Below, one piece after another: positions 28,450 through 42,188 of a DNA stretch of 64,000 nucleotides. Under the pieces are notes generated by a model. The model searched no databases and was not told the DNA's origin. It saw only the letters and a list, made by a program, of their open reading frames with translations. A program made the translations under genes and the position numbers. Source of the DNA: Octopus sinensis (taxonomy: Eukaryota); assembly GCF_006345805.1 (NCBI RefSeq), contig NC_043007.1:47120001-47184000 (forward strand), written 5' to 3'. Position 1 is the stretch's first letter; the number at the start of each line of letters is the position of its first letter.

Positions 28450-30975
28450 ACCGGAAAATAGAGAAGAAGCAAATGAATATATCCTTAAAGGACATACCAA
28501 TTCCGCCTAAGAAGGAGTACATAAAGATCTAGATAATAAAAACTACGGAATTCATACATAGACTCATATAGAAGCCCTTACATTTTGACGGGAAGTCGGA
28601 TAATAAAACGTCAACTAGGGGCTAGGAGACAGAACAACCGAAGGAAAATTTAAAAACTAGGAAATTCCCGCCAACTAACCGTCATCTTGGACAATTTGAA
28701 GATGAGCTATGGACTATACAAAACGATTAAGTTTCAGAAATATCCACTTAGAAGGAATTCACATTTAGGGAAACTGAAATCTGTAATCCTGGAACTCAAA
28801 AGAACAAAGTATTCATGAAATTCTTGTGAATGAAATTACAAAAGCTTTAAAGTAGTAAATAAGAATGTGTTAAGATTGATTAACTTGGAATCTAAGAAAA
28901 TAATGTCGGAATATAGATTTGATGACAGGATTGAGCCATTCATTCCTAAAAGCCATCGAATGACCTCGAAAGACCATAAAGAAAATTTCCAAACTAACCC
29001 TAAAGGTAGAATAATAATCCCCGGAAAATCTGGCATCGGTATATTAAGTAAGCATATTTTTGATAAATACATACCTATACTTAAGAAAAAGATTAAATTA
29101 TAACTTTTGTTCAACACTATTGTTAACAAATATAAATTTTAATTCTTACAAGTAAATATTCACAACTATTATTCCTCTATTAATCCTATAATACTAAATA
29201 AGGCTATCATTTTCGCTAAAAGAAATACACTAAAATATGAAAGTTGCTATAGTCATTTTAACAGAAAATCAATAATTAAGTTTGATAATAGATATTGGGT
29301 TAGAAAGGAGTCCTATAAATAATTTGACATAACCATGTGGTCCGCAGATTCTGCCTAGGTGACGGGCCTAGTAGACATATGCATTCCATATAACTTAAAC
29401 AATGAATTTCTTGAAATTATGGGATAATAGGGATAATGTGCTGCTTCTATATAAAGCCGCATCGAATATGAAACTGGAACTTTATACAAAAAATTGCATA
29501 AGTTCTTTAAAGATTATGGTCTTTCAATTTAAATTGAAAAGGAATATAACGCGGTCAATTTTTAAGATGTTAACTTTAATCTTACAACTAGTAGATATGA
29601 ACCATATCATAAGCCAAATACGAATCTCAGATATATTAATAGTCTAAATAATCACCCAAAACCAATAAAAAACATTAATTAAAAATATAGAAAAGATACT
29701 AACTTATCTTTCGTATAATGAAGACATCTATAGAAATGCTAATTTCTATAATAATGCACTTAATAAAGCAGGATATAAGCATAAAATAAAATGTTATAGA
29801 CCCAATGCATACATACTTAATGAAAATAGTGAAGATAAAATAAAGAGTAACCCTAATATAATATGAACTTAGCCGATTGAAACTACAGATAAGATAAAGA
29901 AAGAAAATATAGATAGAAAAATGAAAAATGATTATATAAACCTTATGATAAATGATCAAAGTTTTAGAAATATGAGGAATAATAAAAATAAAATTGTAAA
30001 AAATATATGCTAAATTTGATAGTAAACTCATGAAATCTGATGCTAAATATGGTAATAATAAAGACGGGAATAAAAAATGTAATAAAATAAAATTTTAAAG
30101 CATTCATAACTTATATGATAATACTTATAATCGTAAATATAATATTAATAGAAATTGTACAAATTCTGATAAATCTAATATTCATTATAATTGCCCAAAT
30201 AAAACCAATACTTTGTGGTTTATCATCTTTGTTGCAAGTCAAATCAAAGGCAACATAATCAAATCCTTTTATCCATTAATTCATAACCATTTAAACAAAG
30301 ATAACAGGTATATTAATTCTAAATCTATAAAACTTGGCCATTCCTTATCCATGAATCTTTTAGAAATTATATCCTCAATTAATAATAGAAAATTAGATGT
30401 TTTTAATAGCAATCGAAATTTAAGTAAAAATAATGTTAACAAAATTTATTGTAAGTAACCCACATTGATTCCCTTTCTAAACCATATAATATGAATAATA
30501 ATAATGTTAATGATCAAAATGAAAATAATAGAAATAATGAACGTAAGAATTGTATGTTAATAAAAAATGTGATTGTAGGATTAAAGAAAATTTTCAGCTT
30601 AATAATAATTGTAAACAACATAACCTGGTATGTAGTTGAATCTGAAACGAAATATACAATTACATAGATTCGATCGAAGCTCCATTTTAACGGAGAATAG
30701 CGAACCATGAAAGTTCTTTTAGAAATAGGCATAAAATCAACAAAACCAGTCTCAGCAAATGTATATACATCTTAAAAGGTACTGGGGAAAATAATAAGAT
30801 TAAATTGGAGGTTGTATACCCTGTCAGAGCTTATCAAATTTCGGATAGCAGGTGTCGATCAAGTACAGAAGAAATTTTTCTGATAATAAAAGACAAACAT
30901 AGATTGCTTAACTCTAGGAAAGAGAATATTTCAGCTTGTTGTCACTACAGGAAGTATATTTTTAGAAGATTTAAT
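28450..30975 (+). mobile_element. Near full-length decayed Penelope-like element (N-terminus, RT, GIY-YIG)
   Basis: ISLKDIPIPPKKEY (PLE start), KDHKENFQTNPKGRII, FDITM, YRDN (for YRDD), YEPYHKPN..YIN...NHP, KKCDCRIKEN, YNYIDSIEAPF.RRIANHESSF, LLNSRKE; many stops. Confidence 0.9.
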
Positions 30976-31271
30976 TAATAAATGAATAATAAATTACAAA
31001 ACTGAGCATTAAAAATATAGGCATAATATATAATAATTGTAATATTTAATATTTAAACGCAAATTAATTAACTTAGGATGAGTGAATATTTTAACTAGTT
31101 ACAATTAACCAAAGTATATTTTAGAAATTTAATAAAATTTAAGGAATAAGAATGAAATATAAGCATTAATGATAAAAGCATAATATAAGTATAACTTAAG
31201 AACCAAACATGGGGTAAAAATAATAAAAATATGAATAATATATAGTATGTATTATACTATGTAATACTCGT

Positions 31272-31595
31272 GAAGGCGCGTGGCTTAGTGGTTAGGGTAT
31301 TCCACTCATAATCGCAAGGTCGTGAGTTCAATTCCCGGCGACTCTTTGCGCTCTTGAGCAAGACACTTCATTTCATGTTGCTCCAGTCCATTCAGCTGGC
31401 AATAATGAATAGTACCTGTATGTCAAAGGGCCAGCCTTGTCATACTTTGTGTAATTCTAAATCTCCCTGAGAACTACGTTAAGAGAACACGTGTCTGTGA
31501 AGTTCTCAGCCTCCTGCAGGTCAATTTCAAGAGCAAGCTGTTCCGTTGATCGTATCAGCTGGAACCCTTGTCGTCAAAACCGACGGAGTGCTCCT
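31272..31595 (+). mobile_element. tRNA-derived SINE family D copy
   Basis: A-box tggcttagtggttagg, B-box gagttcaattccc, central cttgagcaagacactt...gctccagtcca; related head at ~33150-33270 and minus-strand fragment at ~62415-62510. Confidence 0.8.
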
Positions 31596-32304
31596 TTTAA
31601 TCTAATATTTAAATATCAATTTAATAATAATGTTGAGTATTGACCTTTATTTTAGATGCAAATATAAATCTACAAATAGCACCAATCTTGACGTAATACA
31701 CTCACTATATCTTTTATGAATATAACGTAAGCCTATATCCATATATGTGTTCTCTATGACACCCACTTATACATATAAAGTTATATAGAATAAAATAGGA
31801 ATCAATAACTAAATACAAATATAATTACTTTACTAATTATCCTATTGTTTCATATAAGAATTATGATTGACTTTTATGATTGAAGTTTTCATATATTAGA
31901 TATATAAGGGAATATATATGTATATTAACAAACTGATTTGACTTCATAACACATTTACTAACATACACACACACACATAAGTCAACGACTTTTAACAGCA
32001 AACGTCTATATACAAACAAACACAAATAATCATACATACACTGAAATGGGCTTGGGATATTCATACCCTAAAAATGCATATCAAGTTATAGAAATATTCG
32101 GTAACCTTTTACTAATATATATATAGAAACTTACGCACGTAGAAAGCAACATAAGCAGTAACGATGTATAAACGCGCTCACACACACTCATACATAAATT
32201 ATGTCATCCATACTTGTATTCAATAACCTTATGCCGACAAACATACGTACAAACAGATTAACTTAAGTAGCAAACATACGTAGATAAACACATTTAAACG
32301 CACG

Positions 32305-32470
32305 AACATATACTCATACATAAACCAAAATGAACCATGGACATCTATGTAAAAAAAAAACTTTTATTTCATTTTTTATTTTTATTATCAATATATTTCA
32401 TTATTTTTGTTATTTATTATTAATCATTATTTTTATCCTTTATTTTTATTCTTATATTCTTTAATTCATA

Positions 32471-32506
<36 letters not shown>

Positions 32507-32795
32507 GTATTTTGAATAAAATAAAAAATATTAGCGCCGACTTACACACACACACACGCACACATAAAATATACACGCTTTCATCTGCTAAGTCTGTTGG
32601 AATATTTCAACTAATCAAAATGTAAATTTTACAATGTCCATTTTGCTCTGAAGATCTTCCGCTCTGGATAATCAAAATGAAAACTTATATTACTATTATA
32701 TACGTTTTGTATTTTAATTTGGGTATGAAGCGAAACAATTGTAGAAAATGTAAATTAATAAATTAATTTATATACATTGAATCTCTCCATTTTCA
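32305..32795 (+). repeat. ~500-bp direct duplication, copy 2
   Basis: Collinear with 27755-28270. Confidence 0.8.
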
Positions 32796-32850
32796 TACTT
32801 ATTAACATACATGTGTGTATATATATATATATATAATAACACACACACAC

Positions 32851-32887
<37 letters not shown>

Positions 32888-34021
32888 GAAAGAAGATGAA
32901 TGAGAAAGACAGGCAGAAAGAGACGTTGAAATACATAAAATGAGTAACAGTACATTTTTTAGAATATATTAATTTTGAGATGAACGTAAAATTAACTATT
33001 AATTTATCATCGTAAGTATGAAAAAGAAAAATAGTATGGAACAACTGCAAACTATTAGCCGCACCAAAACACCAAATATTAAATTCCTTCGTTTGAAAAT
33101 GTATAGTAGAATCTTGAATGAAATTAACTATAACTATATGCCAAAACTTCGTGGAATAGCGTGGCTTAATAGTTAGGGTGCTGAACTCATGATCTTAAGG
33201 TTGTGATTTCGATTCCTGGACCGGGCGATGCGTTGTATTCTGCAGCAAAACACTTAATTTCATGTTCTCCAAACCAGCGTCTCGTCGAGGTAGGGGATTT
33301 CTACTGAAACCGAGGAAACCGGCTCTTATGAGCCTGGTATGGCTCGAAAAGGAAAATTTTTTTTATGCCAGAACTTCAACAGAGAAATCTTAAAACTTAA
33401 AATAGTCAGTGGAGATATTGTAGCAAGACAAATTACTTGGTAAACGTCGTAAATTTTTATATCTGTATATGCCTCTGATAATTCGATATTGAAACATCGG
33501 TTTGAATGCTTCATTACTGAACCAATTCCTTCGTCAGTGAGAGAAAAATTGCTGCGATGTAGAATATTATGGCAACTAAAATTAATGTGTCCTTTTACGA
33601 CTTCGCGTGCGTTATATGTAAATTTATGTTAGTTCTTTAAGTTATTTATGGGTAAGTTTCTCGAAAAGCGATTTTCGTTACAGCTTGTGTGGCATTTAGA
33701 AAAAAGAACTCGGCTAAACTATTGCTGTTGATTTAAATAGAAAACATAAAATTAATAGACGCATATTACTTAACAATCATTAAGTGTCTACATTTTAACG
33801 TTAGTTATGATGCTAACATATTTGGTAAATTACTTAACCAAATACTAATTTATTGTATCAATGTATTTTCGGTCATAAAATACAAAAGAAATTAATTTTC
33901 AAGTGATTTGCTTTTTATGTACATAATGCACAATCGATAACCCATATTTATGAAAGGACACATTTAACACATTTCAAATTAAAACAAGTTAAAGTATGTC
34001 CTTTTTATCTACATAAAGGCG

Positions 34022-34185
34022 AGGGCGTGGTTGTGTGGTAAGAAGCTTGCTTCCCAAGCACATGGTTCCTGGTTCAGTCTCACTGAGTGGTACCTCAGGC
34101 AAGTGGCTTCTGTTATAGTCTCGGGGCGACCAAAGCCTTGTGAGTAGATTTAATAGACGGAAACTGAAAAAATGCCAGTTCTATT

Positions 34186-34223
<38 letters not shown>

Positions 34224-34425
34224 TGCTTGTGTTTGTTCCCCTACCACCGATTCACATCTGGTGTTGGTGTGCTTACGTCTGCGTAACGTAGCAATTTAGC
34301 AAAAGAACTGACAGAATAAGTATACTTTGCTTTGAAAAATAAGTCCTATGGTCGATTTATTCGACTAAACCGTTCAAGGCAGTGATCCAGCATGGCCGCA
34401 GTCAATTGACCGAAGCAAGTAAGCA
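34022..34425 (+). mobile_element. SINE family A copy
   Basis: Head gcgtggttgtgtggtaagaagcttgcttccc, internal (GT)n, tail catggccgcagtcaattgac. Confidence 0.85.
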
Positions 34426-34624
34426 ATTTTCCATTTTAATCCCCATTCAATCCTTTTCTTCGCTACTCAACAATGGGAAACACAACTAGAAAAAAACTGT
34501 TCCTCCATCATAATCAAATTATGGTGTTATTTTCAAATTTATTACATATATAACATTTCATTTACCTTACTGGCAGAAAGACCGCCCAACAGCAGCTTTT
34601 CTAGTAGACGATAAATTAAATTTA

Positions 34625-36665
34625 CTCCAAAGAAAAATACGACAAGTGAAGAACAAATGGTGGACAGGTATTTCTGAAAAAATCCCCAGAACGTATATCT
34701 GTAAAGACCTGAAAACAGTATATCACTTGATCGGACAAGTGTTAGGTCCTCAGTATTCAGTTGTGATACCACTCAAGTCTAAAGACAGCTGTTTTCTCCT
34801 CAAGGATCATGAGGGTATCATGAAACGTCCGACTGAGCACTTCACTGATCTCTTTTATAATCCTTCAGTTATCGATGAAAATGTCTTCAGTAATCTGCCC
34901 GAAAAGGATACCATTTATGAAATAATGGAACATCCAACTCTAGATGAGATCAAAAATGCAATCAAAGAATTAAATACTGGGAAGGCACCAGGTATTGACG
35001 GTATTCCTGTTGAAATTTTCCTCCTTGGAGATCTACCATCTAATATCTGACAGCTGCTGATTGGGTGCTCCTATTCCCCAGGATTGGGTTGATGCCATTT
35101 TGATTTCATTCTTCAAAGGGAAAGGATCCAAATCCGAATGTGGCAATTACAGAGGTATAAGCCTGATTGAAATATTCGGCAAGGTTTTTGAAAAACTTTT
35201 ACTTTATGAGGTAGCAATACGAATATACCCATCTCTGTTATCCCGGAGAGTCAGTGTGGTTTTAAATCAAGTCGTGGCACTATGGACATGATTTTCTCTG
35301 CTCGTCAACTCCAGGAGAAATGCATCGACCATCGCAGAGCACTTTACTAGCTATTTGTCAGTTTAACTAAAGCATTAGACACTGTTAATAGGAGCGTTCT
35401 CTGGACCATTCTTAGTAATGTTGGATGTCTGCCTCAATTCGTTAACTTGTTTAAGCAACTTCATAGTGATATTAAAGCTCGTCTTAATTTCACTGGTTCA
35501 CTATCGGAGTTAAAAAAGTGCTATTGCTGCTCCAACACTTTTTGCCATATATTTTGTTGTAACTATCTTGCACGGTTTTCAAGAGTGTAGTATCGGCGTC
35601 TATATTCGCCTCAGAACCACAGGTATGGTCTTTGATGTTAAACGCTTTAATGCAAAGTCGAAGACACTTCAGGCCCTTGTTCGAGAGTTCCTTCATGCTG
35701 ATGATGTGGTTCTCGTTGCAGAGGAAGACATGCAGGCTATATTGAATCTTTTCTCTAGAGCGTATATTGATTTTGATCTTACCATCAGTCTAAAGAAAAC
35801 AAGGATCATGTTCTCTCAGCCACCAGCCCAACTCTTTGTGAAACCTAACATCTTTGTCCAGGGTACAAGGTTAGATGTGGTTGACTCGTTCATCTACCTT
35901 GGCAGCACTCTCTCTAGAGATGGATCCTTTGATTCTGAAATAAACCTGCGAATTGAAAAAGCCAACAAAGTATTTGGAAGTCTTGAAAACCGTGTGTGGT
36001 CTCATAGAGGTATCACCTTCAAAACCAAGCTTAGTATCTATGAATCTTGCATTTTAACGATCGTTCTGTACTCTTCTGAGATCTGGACGACATATGGGCC
36101 CTACATCAATGCTTTAGAAAGATTCCATCATACTTGCCTCAAGATGACACTAGACATGACATGGAAGTCTTTAACACCAGACGCCGTTGTTCTTCAGCAA
36201 GCTAACACATCCAGTATTTAAATGGTCTTCATACGCAATCAAGATGCGTTGGGTTGGGTACCGTGCAAGGATGCAGGATGACAGGTTGCCAAAGCAGTTG
36301 TTTTTCGGGGAGTTGCAGCGTGGCAAATATTCGAGACATAAACCTTCAAAAGCAAACTTCAGGCTGTTATTGTGAAGGTTGAAGGCTGGGAGCAGATGAC
36401 ACAAGGTAGATCAATTTGGAAGAGATGATCTACAATAGATGTAAAGCATTTGAAGTTAGAAGAATTAAACGATCTATCTTGAAACGAGCACTTTGAAGAC
36501 AGCACTTAGCTACAATCCCAGACATTTTTCTGCTAAAAAATGTTTGTAAGATCCGCAGTAGAGTTTACTTGTTAAGAGCAGGACTTGCTAGTCATATAAG
36601 ATCTCATGTCAGTATTTATTACTTGAAAAGAATGCCTCCTTCAGTAAAGACGTAGCAATCATCAT
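34625..36665 (+). mobile_element. 5'-truncated RTE (BovB-like) LINE, decayed RT ORF
   Basis: LNTGKAPGIDGIPVE, NYRGISL, QCGF, EFLHADD, DSFIYLGSTLS, RLPKQLFFGEL, terminal RAGLASHIRSH; several frameshifts. Confidence 0.92.
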
Positions 36666-37652
36666 ATATATATATATATACATACATACCTACATACATG
36701 CACACCTTTACATATCTGCATGCATATATGCCTTCAAACATACATAGATATATTTATACGTACTTATGTATGAGTGTAAGTATATACGCAGGCATTTATA
36801 TATTTTTTGATTTACGCAAGTGAATGAAAAGTGCAGTGTGTCCCTATTGAAAATTTAGATCTGCCAGGAGGTAATTTGTGATATAATGAATACACCTTCA
36901 GTGTTTCACACATCTTAAATCTTTGAAAAATAGGTCAGCAAATCTAGAGTGAACAAAGGTATGGTTATCTTCTTAAAGCACTGTGCATGTTTATTTGGCA
37001 AAGCAGGTGACCAGGTGAAATATGTGGAATAACGAATAGGGATTGGAATACTATTTAAAAGTAGATAATCTGGCATTAGTATTGATATTAAAGAAAATAT
37101 ACGTACGTCATTATTCTTGCTAATGGCGATATTGATAGATTTTTGAAGGTTAAACTGGAATTTACATACATCAAGATGCAATCCGGGTGAAACTGTTCCC
37201 TATCATATGAGTTGAAGTATATACCTTTGTATACCTGTATGCAACCCCAACGCATTTATAAATGTTTAGAGACATATGTGCCTCTGGGTGTGTATGTGTA
37301 TATGTGTGAGTTCCCATATTTTTATTAGACAAAGACAACCTGTGTCCTTTTGTTTACGTCCCTGTAACTCAACGGTATGAAGATGAAGGAATAAGTACCA
37401 AACTTAAAAGAAGTTCATGGATCGATTTGTTCGACTACAACTTATTTTAAACGAGTGACCGGGTGTGGGTGCGATTTGATGATTAAAAGATGTTTAGGAA
37501 TACACATGTAGAGAGGTTGACACACACATACACACACACACACACACTCACACTCATATATATATATATAACTAAAACACATATCGAAATAAAAATACAT
37601 ATACATAACTAAACACACATACCTAAATACATACATACACACACACACACAC

Positions 37653-37688
<36 letters not shown>

Positions 37689-38065
37689 CACTTGCGTCAG
37701 AAATTAATTAGCACTTCTCAAATTTCTACATTAAATAGGTTAAATCAATTAACCTATGAGCTGTTCAAAACGTCTTACGCGATGAGAAAACTTAGTATGG
37801 TGTGATTTCGGTCCTTGCGAGGCGCTACCTATATCTATTAAACAAAGGAAGATTTGTCTGCATCCGTACTCCAAGTTGTTGTTGCACTGCTATGTCAACA
37901 TCATAAGGCTGTAGACTCTCAAACTGCTCTGCAAACAAAGTTACGTCATCGTTCTGCGCAACAGTGAACTCGCAACAAAGCAATAGTTCGAGATATGACC
38001 ACTAGGTGACAGCACATACCTTGAGTGAAGAGCAAATCAAGGGTGCTAATTAATTTCTGACAGTA

Positions 38066-38066
<1 letters not shown>
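37689..38066. mobile_element. Tc1/mariner-like MITE (~380 bp) inserted in a TA run
   Basis: Perfect 19-bp inverted repeat gtcagaaattaattagcac (37696-37714) / gtgctaattaatttctgac (38043-38061), TA on both flanks. Confidence 0.7.
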
Positions 38067-38114
<48 letters not shown>

Positions 38115-38129
38115 TATATACATACATAG

Positions 38130-38203
<74 letters not shown>
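38066..38203. repeat. (AT)n microsatellites
   Basis: Direct reading. Confidence 0.95.
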
Positions 38204-40266
38204 CATTCAAGTAGGTGTCTATATGTTTTAGTATAGATTTAAGTAATATCTGGTGGAAATGAACTGAAATCTTATTATATACGGATATAAATTTATCGAA
38301 ATACACGAAAACAAATTAAGTTGCCTCTTTGCAAAGCAATGAACTACAATTGAAGGGACACTGTCACTTCTCTATCAGACACAGTCTAAGCAGTCATCAT
38401 TAAATATTAATTAATAAGCTTCCAAGGACAAAGCTCATAAATCTCCTAATCATTTTATTGATATAATGAAAACACTCTCCTACTAATAATTTATTATGGA
38501 ATATTTTTACTGAATTATTAAACAATGTTTTGGAAATCGATGCTTTTCTAATTGTTTATGAATACGGAAAAATTGTTCCTGTTTTGTAAATGAAGTCTTA
38601 TATTCTTTCATTAATTCGTTTTTTCTGTGGTTTCTAGTGATGCTTCTATTAGGAAAACGAACTGTGCTTAAACAATGTTTTCAAAATGATGTCGGATGCT
38701 TTTTAAGTGAGGAACTTTGAATTCTTATATATAACTAAAACACATATATATTATTCGCATGGATAAGGACATACTGTGCGAAGAAAGACGAGACAAATTT
38801 GTCCATAATGCAAATTTATGCACACAACCGTAGTTAAAGAACTAGAAAGAACGGAAGGCGACAGTGCTGGAGCTCCTCTTGCAACTATTTATTTGCTGAT
38901 ATTGAAACAATATTAAATTTGTCTCGATATATATTTTATCGATATTATTTATTTGTTGAATTCATTTGGGACTGGTATTAAACATGAACGCAAGTATGAA
39001 CGCCACTATATCTCGAAACATGCCTGCACATTGGAATTTCATGGAAAATAGATTAGTTGCGTATCCATCTCGCCTTACTTAGGCTGCTGTGTCTAGTAGG
39101 TCAAGCAATCGCGTAGAACGAGTGAACATGTTTAAAAAAGAAAGATGCTTTTACTGTTACTGAAGTACATTTTAGTTGTGGTATTAATGTAGAAAGTTGA
39201 ACTGACACGTTTTGAATAGATTTGGTGAGCTGTTATTGATTTAACCGTTACAGTTTCTTAAACCCCTATATCAATTTCATTTCTCTGAACAAAACTCCCG
39301 TCATAACGAGTAGTCAATTGTAACTTGCAAATATCCCTCCAATACATATACTTAAATAAAACAGAGAAACAGAAATATGAAGTCTTTCAAATCTCAGAAG
39401 AAAGTGGATATGCTCGAATTTGGAATACCAATGATTTTAGATAATTTTATAATGGTTGACCAGAAACTAAACCACGAGAGTGAAAATGCCGGCTTTGAAA
39501 TGTAAAAGAATTAAGTTTCACTAAGTAGGATAAAATGAAAACTAAAATTTCTTTTTACATACTTTTGAGCATTATCTTTATATATATAAAACTGAGAATG
39601 TGTGTGTCTGTCTGTCTGTGTGTTTCCCTAAAATTTAAGAACTACACAACCAATTTCATTCAAATTTTACACATGCCTTACATAGGGTCCGGGGAGTGTC
39701 ATCGGCAAAAAATTTAACTTTTTGCCTAGCACGAGCCCACAGCAATATCATATCTTCTCCAATACGATTCCCTAAAACTTGAGAGCTACACAACCAATTT
39801 CATTCAAATTTTACACATGCCTTACTTAGGGTCCATGTAGTTTCATGGGCAAAAAAATGTTCAACTTCTTGCCTAGAACGAGCCCATAGCAATATCATAT
39901 CTTCTCCACTATTTCAGTATTACGTGTTAAAAGTAAAACAAAAATATTTCTCTTTTTATGTCAGATGCTTTCACTTTAATAATAAAAATAATAATAAAAA
40001 TTGAATTATATATAGTAAGTAATAATTAAAATCAAACTAAAGTATAATATAATCGTAACATAACAAAAGTAAAAATAGCAATTGGTATAAAATTGCATCA
40101 ATGATTTGAACTTGAGTAAGTGGTTTCACATGAATGGGAATAAATTAAAAATAAAATTAGCGTGCAGAAATGGAATAGTCCAGATGGATAATAAAAAATT
40201 AAAGAAAAGACTATTGTCTATAAAGTATACAATGTAGAGAAAAAAGATTTGAACACATGGAGGAAA

Positions 40267-42188
40267 TCTACCCACGTGTGTTGTGAGTTATTTTGTATGT
40301 GAAAATTGGGAAAAAAAAACTGTTAAAAAATTGTCAAAAAATTGAATCGCGCGAGGCGTTTGCCGATACGTGTTTGAACCTTTTATAGAAGGTGTGTCGA
40401 CCCTCAAGTCATGGAGACTTACGCGGGGGTCGCCACAACAAAAAGTGACGAGTCTCTTAGAATAAAAGAAGTGTTCTTTAGAAAAGAACAATTGAAGGAA
40501 TACGAGAAGTTCGTCAAAAGGGAGGGTGACAGCGTGAAGCTGGTCCCGCCTGTGGAAACAATAGAAGAAAAAAATAACAAGACGATAACGTATAGAACGC
40601 AAGATAGAAACACGAGAAAACTGGTGAGAGTGACGATTGAAGAAATAGAGAAATGTCTGGGGGACATCATGAAAAAAGCGACTTTTGTAGACAGACAGAG
40701 GAAAGAAATATGGTACGGTGGAGGTGAGATGCGCAACAAAGGAAGTGGCGGCCTCATTGGCTTCCACTGTCCTGAAAGCGGAAAATTTCACCATGTGGCC
40801 GACGTATAAAGGAAGACGAGGGGTACGGGTAAGAGTCCCAAAGGTGCCCCCAAATATTAAAACAGAAATGCTGGTAACAGCCATTATTGGGGCAGCAAAA
40901 GAGGAAGTAGAAATAGGGTCAATTAAGGAGACAAACGTTGTAAATTGGAAGGGATTCGGAGTAGAGTTGTGGCTGATGGCCACAATGGAAGACATCGAAA
41001 GATTTCCCTTCCAAATAGAAATAGAAAACGAGAAAACAATTAGTGTAATAGTGGAAGGCACAAAACCGAATTGCTACCTGTGCGGTTCAAGAGGGCACAT
41101 AAAAAAGGAATGTCCGCTGTATGAATTCACAGCGGAGCAAAAAGAGACACAAAGTGGAGAGAAGGAAAACGAACACGAAGGAAAGAACAGCGAAAACAAG
41201 GAAAAGGAAATAACGGAGAAACAACAAGAGAAGGGAAGTAACAGCGCACTGAAGGAAAATGAAAACAAAGGGAAGAAGATAGTAGAAAAGGAGCAACATT
41301 CACAGGGTGCAGAAGTAGTGGAGAAGGAGCCAAGGCAGAAGCAAGAGAAAGAAAAGGAAAGTACATTAAAGGAAAGAGAAAAAGCAGGAAAAGAACAAGA
41401 GAAGGAACAGAACCAAGAGAAAGGAAAAGATGGTATGCAAAAAGGAAAAGAAACAACAGGAAAGGAACTTAAGGCACAGGGTAGAGAGACGGCAGACAAA
41501 GAGCCAAAAAGACAAGAGAAGGAAAAGAAAGAAGAGAAAGCAAAAAGAGAGAAAGAGAGAAACCGAGGGAGGAGAAAAAAGGAAGTAAGTCCTAAGAGAA
41601 AAACTAGAGAAAACGTAGGTACGAATAGAAAATTCAATACTATGGAACGTTGATCCATCACAAGCACTGTGAGGAGATGGAAGATTTAATAAGCGTAACA
41701 AACGGATATACGTGGGTCAGGATGGGCACCGAATGGAAAGAAACAGGTGCACTCGTCCACGAGAACGACGCCGAGGCGTTCATCGAGGCAGCTGGCGAGA
41801 ACGTGTTAAAACATATGAAATGCCGACTTACAAGGTGGCCTCGAACGATGGAAGTTTACTCAGATTTGGTAGACATAATGGAGTATATATAAAAGAAAAG
41901 GTATTGTGAAAACTTTAATTTGGAAATGATAAAAAGAACTTTAAATTCTGAAAAAAAAAAAAGAAATGTTGAACTTTGTAAAACTTTTTGAAATGTATGT
42001 TGAAAATGTATAAAATGTTTTATTTGGAAAATATTGTTGACGAATAAAAATAAATGACGAAATGTAACCGCTCGATTTCGGGGATCGAGTGGGCATTGCA
42101 CCACATTGTACAAACTTCATAATTCATTATTCATTTTCCCGATTGTATTGTCCCATCTATGTAGCCCCTAGTGGGTAATAATAAAACA
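40267..42188 (+). mobile_element. ORF1-only (half-L1-like) Tx1-clade retroelement E3
   Basis: 12-bp TSD acatggaggaaa (40255-66) / acatgggggaaa (42189-200); 5' UTR, one ORF1, ~300-bp 3' UTR ending taataataaaaca; no ORF2 sequence. Confidence 0.75.
40411..41892 (+). pseudogene. Gag-like ORF1 of E3 (RRM-like region, CCHC knuckle, E/K-rich linker), two frameshifts
   Basis: ORF pieces 40411-40809, 40718-41653, 41650-41892; WPTYKGRR; CYLCGSRGHIKKEC. Confidence 0.85.

Noticed and set aside
24419-33270. tRNA genes at SINE heads (24419, 31272, 33150; also 6661)
   Set aside because: A/B boxes present, but cloverleafs are degenerate and run into SINE or PLE bodies
36859-36870. 12-nt microexon (tttag|ATCTGCCAGGAG|gtaatt)
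   Set aside because: Such motifs arise by chance in 64 kb; no supporting gene context
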